From a virus (taxonomy: Duplodnaviria > Caudoviricetes), in IMG/VR virus record IMGVR_UViG_3300025429_000082, positions 1-24,421 of that record: a stretch of 24,421 nt of DNA, one strand, 5' to 3'. Positions within the stretch are counted from its first letter, which is position 1, and each line of letters opens with the position of its first letter. Below the pieces are notes generated by a model that saw only the letters and a program-made list of their open reading frames with translations, was not told the origin of the DNA and did not search any database. This document shows positions 22,836-24,421 of the stretch, one piece after another. A program made the position numbers and the translations under genes.

Positions 22836-24038
22836 CTAGAGGATCTGCAGGTCGCCCCAGCCGCGGAGGCCTGCGTTGACCCCGACGTTCAGGGTGAGCA
22901 TCCCAGCGGGTGAGCTCTGTCCGGTGGTACTCGTCCACCACTTGCTCCCGCCGTCCATCGCTGGCGCCTGAATAACCGTGCGCCCCGTGCTCTCGCTCAT
23001 CATGAAGTGGTGGCCGTGACCCGCGAGCAGTATTTCCGCGTCAGCCACGCCGGTTCGCCCGAGCGCCTGACCCTTCCACCAGCCCTCAACCTTCGCCTGC
23101 GTTGACCCGCCAGTTCGGAACTGGTGGCCGTGCGCCAGCGCCAGAGGGATACCCCCGACCTTTAGCGTGGCCGTCAGGTCGTCGGGGTTGATTGCCCCGA
23201 GTGGCACCGTGACGTTCTCGTAGCGCGAAGGGTTGGCCGCCATAATCTCGGCGACCGTCTCAAAGCAGGACACGTCGCGGTTGTCGCTGAAATCGGTGAA
23301 GGCCTTGCCGTCCTTGCGGTTCTCGCCGTGGTTCCCTGGCACGCAGGGCGCGACCACCATGAACTGCGCGTCGACGAAGGCGTCGATCACGGTCAGAAGC
23401 AACCGCCTCGCCAGCCTGTCCTGCTCGCGCTGGTTCAGGTCGGTCTGCCATTCCTGCATCGCGTACCACCCCGAGCACCCCTCGACGATGTCCCCGAGAC
23501 TGGCCAGAACCACGGTGTCGGTGCCTCGGCCTACCTTGCGAAGTTCCTTCGCCCTCGCGACGGCGCGGTCAAAGGCCCCGAGAATACGCTCGACGGTCGC
23601 CTCGGTGCCACCCCCCTCACCCTTGCCAAGTTGCCAGTCCGAGAGGGCGACCACGAAGGCCCGCCCGCCGTCGTGCGTTTCGACCGGCTTCGGCTTGCGC
23701 TTCTCGACCAACTTGCACAGCGCCTCTACGTCGGCGCGGTCAATGGTCGAAGTCCGCGCCTTGATACTGGCGCGGTAATACTTCATGCGGATTGTCTCGC
23801 CGTCGCGGGTGGTGTCCCACGCGCGGATCTGCAACGAGCCGTCCACGACCTCGGTGCGGAGTGGGTCAAGACCCCAGTCCTCGATGAGCACCTGCCACAT
23901 GGCGGGGTCGGGCTCGCCGGACGAGAGGGTCGTAATAACGCCCTCCTGTCCGTTCCACGCGACACCAGGCTCCCAGCCGGTCGGGTGTTTCTGGACGTGG
24001 CGGGGCTTGCGAGCGAACTCGCTCAAGTCAGCGGCCAC
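22836..24038 (-). CDS. Calcineurin-like metallophosphoesterase (actinophage type)
   Basis: Motifs LSDWQLGK, LGDIVEG, PGNHGE, AHGH and LAGHGHH. GGGAG SD before GTG. Confidence 0.88.
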   Translation of the reverse strand: MAADLSEFARKPRHVQKHPTGWEPGVAWNGQEGVITTLSSGEPDPAMWQVLIEDWGLDPLRTEVVDGSLQIRAWDTTRDGETIRMKYYRASIKARTSTIDRADVEALCKLVEKRKPKPVETHDGGRAFVVALSDWQLGKGEGGGTEATVERILGAFDRAVARAKELRKVGRGTDTVVLASLGDIVEGCSGWYAMQEWQTDLNQREQDRLARRLLLTVIDAFVDAQFMVVAPCVPGNHGENRKDGKAFTDFSDNRDVSCFETVAEIMAANPSRYENVTVPLGAINPDDLTATLKVGGIPLALAHGHQFRTGGSTQAKVEGWWKGQALGRTGVADAEILLAGHGHHFMMSESTGRTVIQAPAMDGGSKWWTSTTGQSSPAGMLTLNVGVNAGLRGWGDLQIL

Positions 24039-24270
24039 AGCAGCACTCCCCTACGCGGTGGAGCCGGACTGCGTCTCGGCTAACCTTGACGCCCCTGCCA
24101 AGCATCCAGTCGGCGATGGCCTGATTGGTAATGTCTTTCTCCGCACACGCCGCCGCGAACTTGAGTTTGTCCTCGGGGCCCAGTTCTTGACTTTTTCTAG
24201 CCGCGATACACGGCGTCGACTTCTTGACGCGAAACTCGGATAAATCTATTGGTGTAGTTCGTCCTGGCAT
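24028..24270 (-). CDS. Small HTH/Zn-binding protein (80 aa, start ATG24270)
   Basis: GAGGAGAG SD. PC...ITNQAIADWMLGRGVKVSRDAVRLHRVGECCC. Overlaps the phosphoesterase start. Confidence 0.75.
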   Translation of the reverse strand: MPGRTTPIDLSEFRVKKSTPCIAARKSQELGPEDKLKFAAACAEKDITNQAIADWMLGRGVKVSRDAVRLHRVGECCCGR

Positions 24271-24357
24271 GGCTCTCCTCTGTCCTGCGAAGTCTGCCAC
24301 ATGAACAAGTTTTGCGCAAGCATTCCACAACCTTTTCTCGGTAGGCTGGTTAGCCCT

Positions 24358-24421
24358 ATGGCACAGATTATTTACTACTGCGAACTCTGCCGGACGACCG
24401 TCACCCTCTACCGCGGGGAAG
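24358..24421 (+). CDS. Partial ORF MAQIIYYCELCRTTVTLYRGE... running off the window (CxxC)
   Basis: ATG24358 with an open frame to the window end. TAGGCT (24342-24347), a possible -10, lies upstream. No SD. Confidence 0.4.
   Translation, partial: MAQIIYYCELCRTTVTLYRGE

Larger units (their letters stand above)
1..24421. mobile_element. Tailed dsDNA phage/prophage structural and lysis module (siphovirus-like, Caudoviricetes)
   Basis: Canonical order terminase-portal-MuF-protease-capsid-neck-tube-chaperone-tape measure-tail tip-lysin, with tightly coupled genes (ATGA/TAATG overlaps, AGGAG SDs). No sheath gene seen. No integrase, att site or host genes, so phage versus prophage cannot be decided. 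Confidence 0.97.

Noticed and set aside
24312-24319. TTGCGCAA palindrome in the divergent intergenic region as an operator
   Set aside because: It is only 8 bp with no exact second copy seen, which is too weak without the flanking genome.
1-24421. CRISPR arrays, tRNAs, integrase/att sites, introns or inteins
   Set aside because: I saw no regularly spaced repeat-spacer array, cloverleaf, recombinase motif or intein/homing-endonuclease motif. TerL and capsid are uninterrupted.

Overview
The whole window is the virion-morphogenesis and lysis region of a high-GC tailed dsDNA phage or prophage with siphovirus-like gene order. The host is probably actinobacterial, which I infer only from GC content, codon usage and gene style. 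On the + strand: two small Cys-rich ORFs, an HslV/proteasome-beta-like Ntn protease, terminase small and large subunits, portal, MuF-like minor head protein, HK97-type prohead protease/scaffold, major capsid, head-tail genes, tail tube, a frameshifted tail chaperone, an HK97 gp10-like gene, tape measure, tail-tip genes, an NlpC/P60 lysin with two membrane proteins, and a three-gene fibre-like cassette. A convergent - strand pair follows (small Zn/HTH protein and metallophosphoesterase). The head module has several layers the ORF track misses. (1) A likely programmed -1 frameshift (C CCT TTT plus a downstream hairpin) fuses portal to MuF. (2) A 39-aa Lys/His-rich peptide with its own Shine-Dalgarno (SD) is overprinted in the +1 frame inside the portal gene. 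(3) The protease gene has nested in-frame starts and a domain cassette bounded by an 18-bp direct repeat. I also found no CCSGG (CCCGG/CCGGG) by eye despite abundant CCGG, which suggests restriction-site avoidance. All family calls are from motif recognition; no database searches were run.
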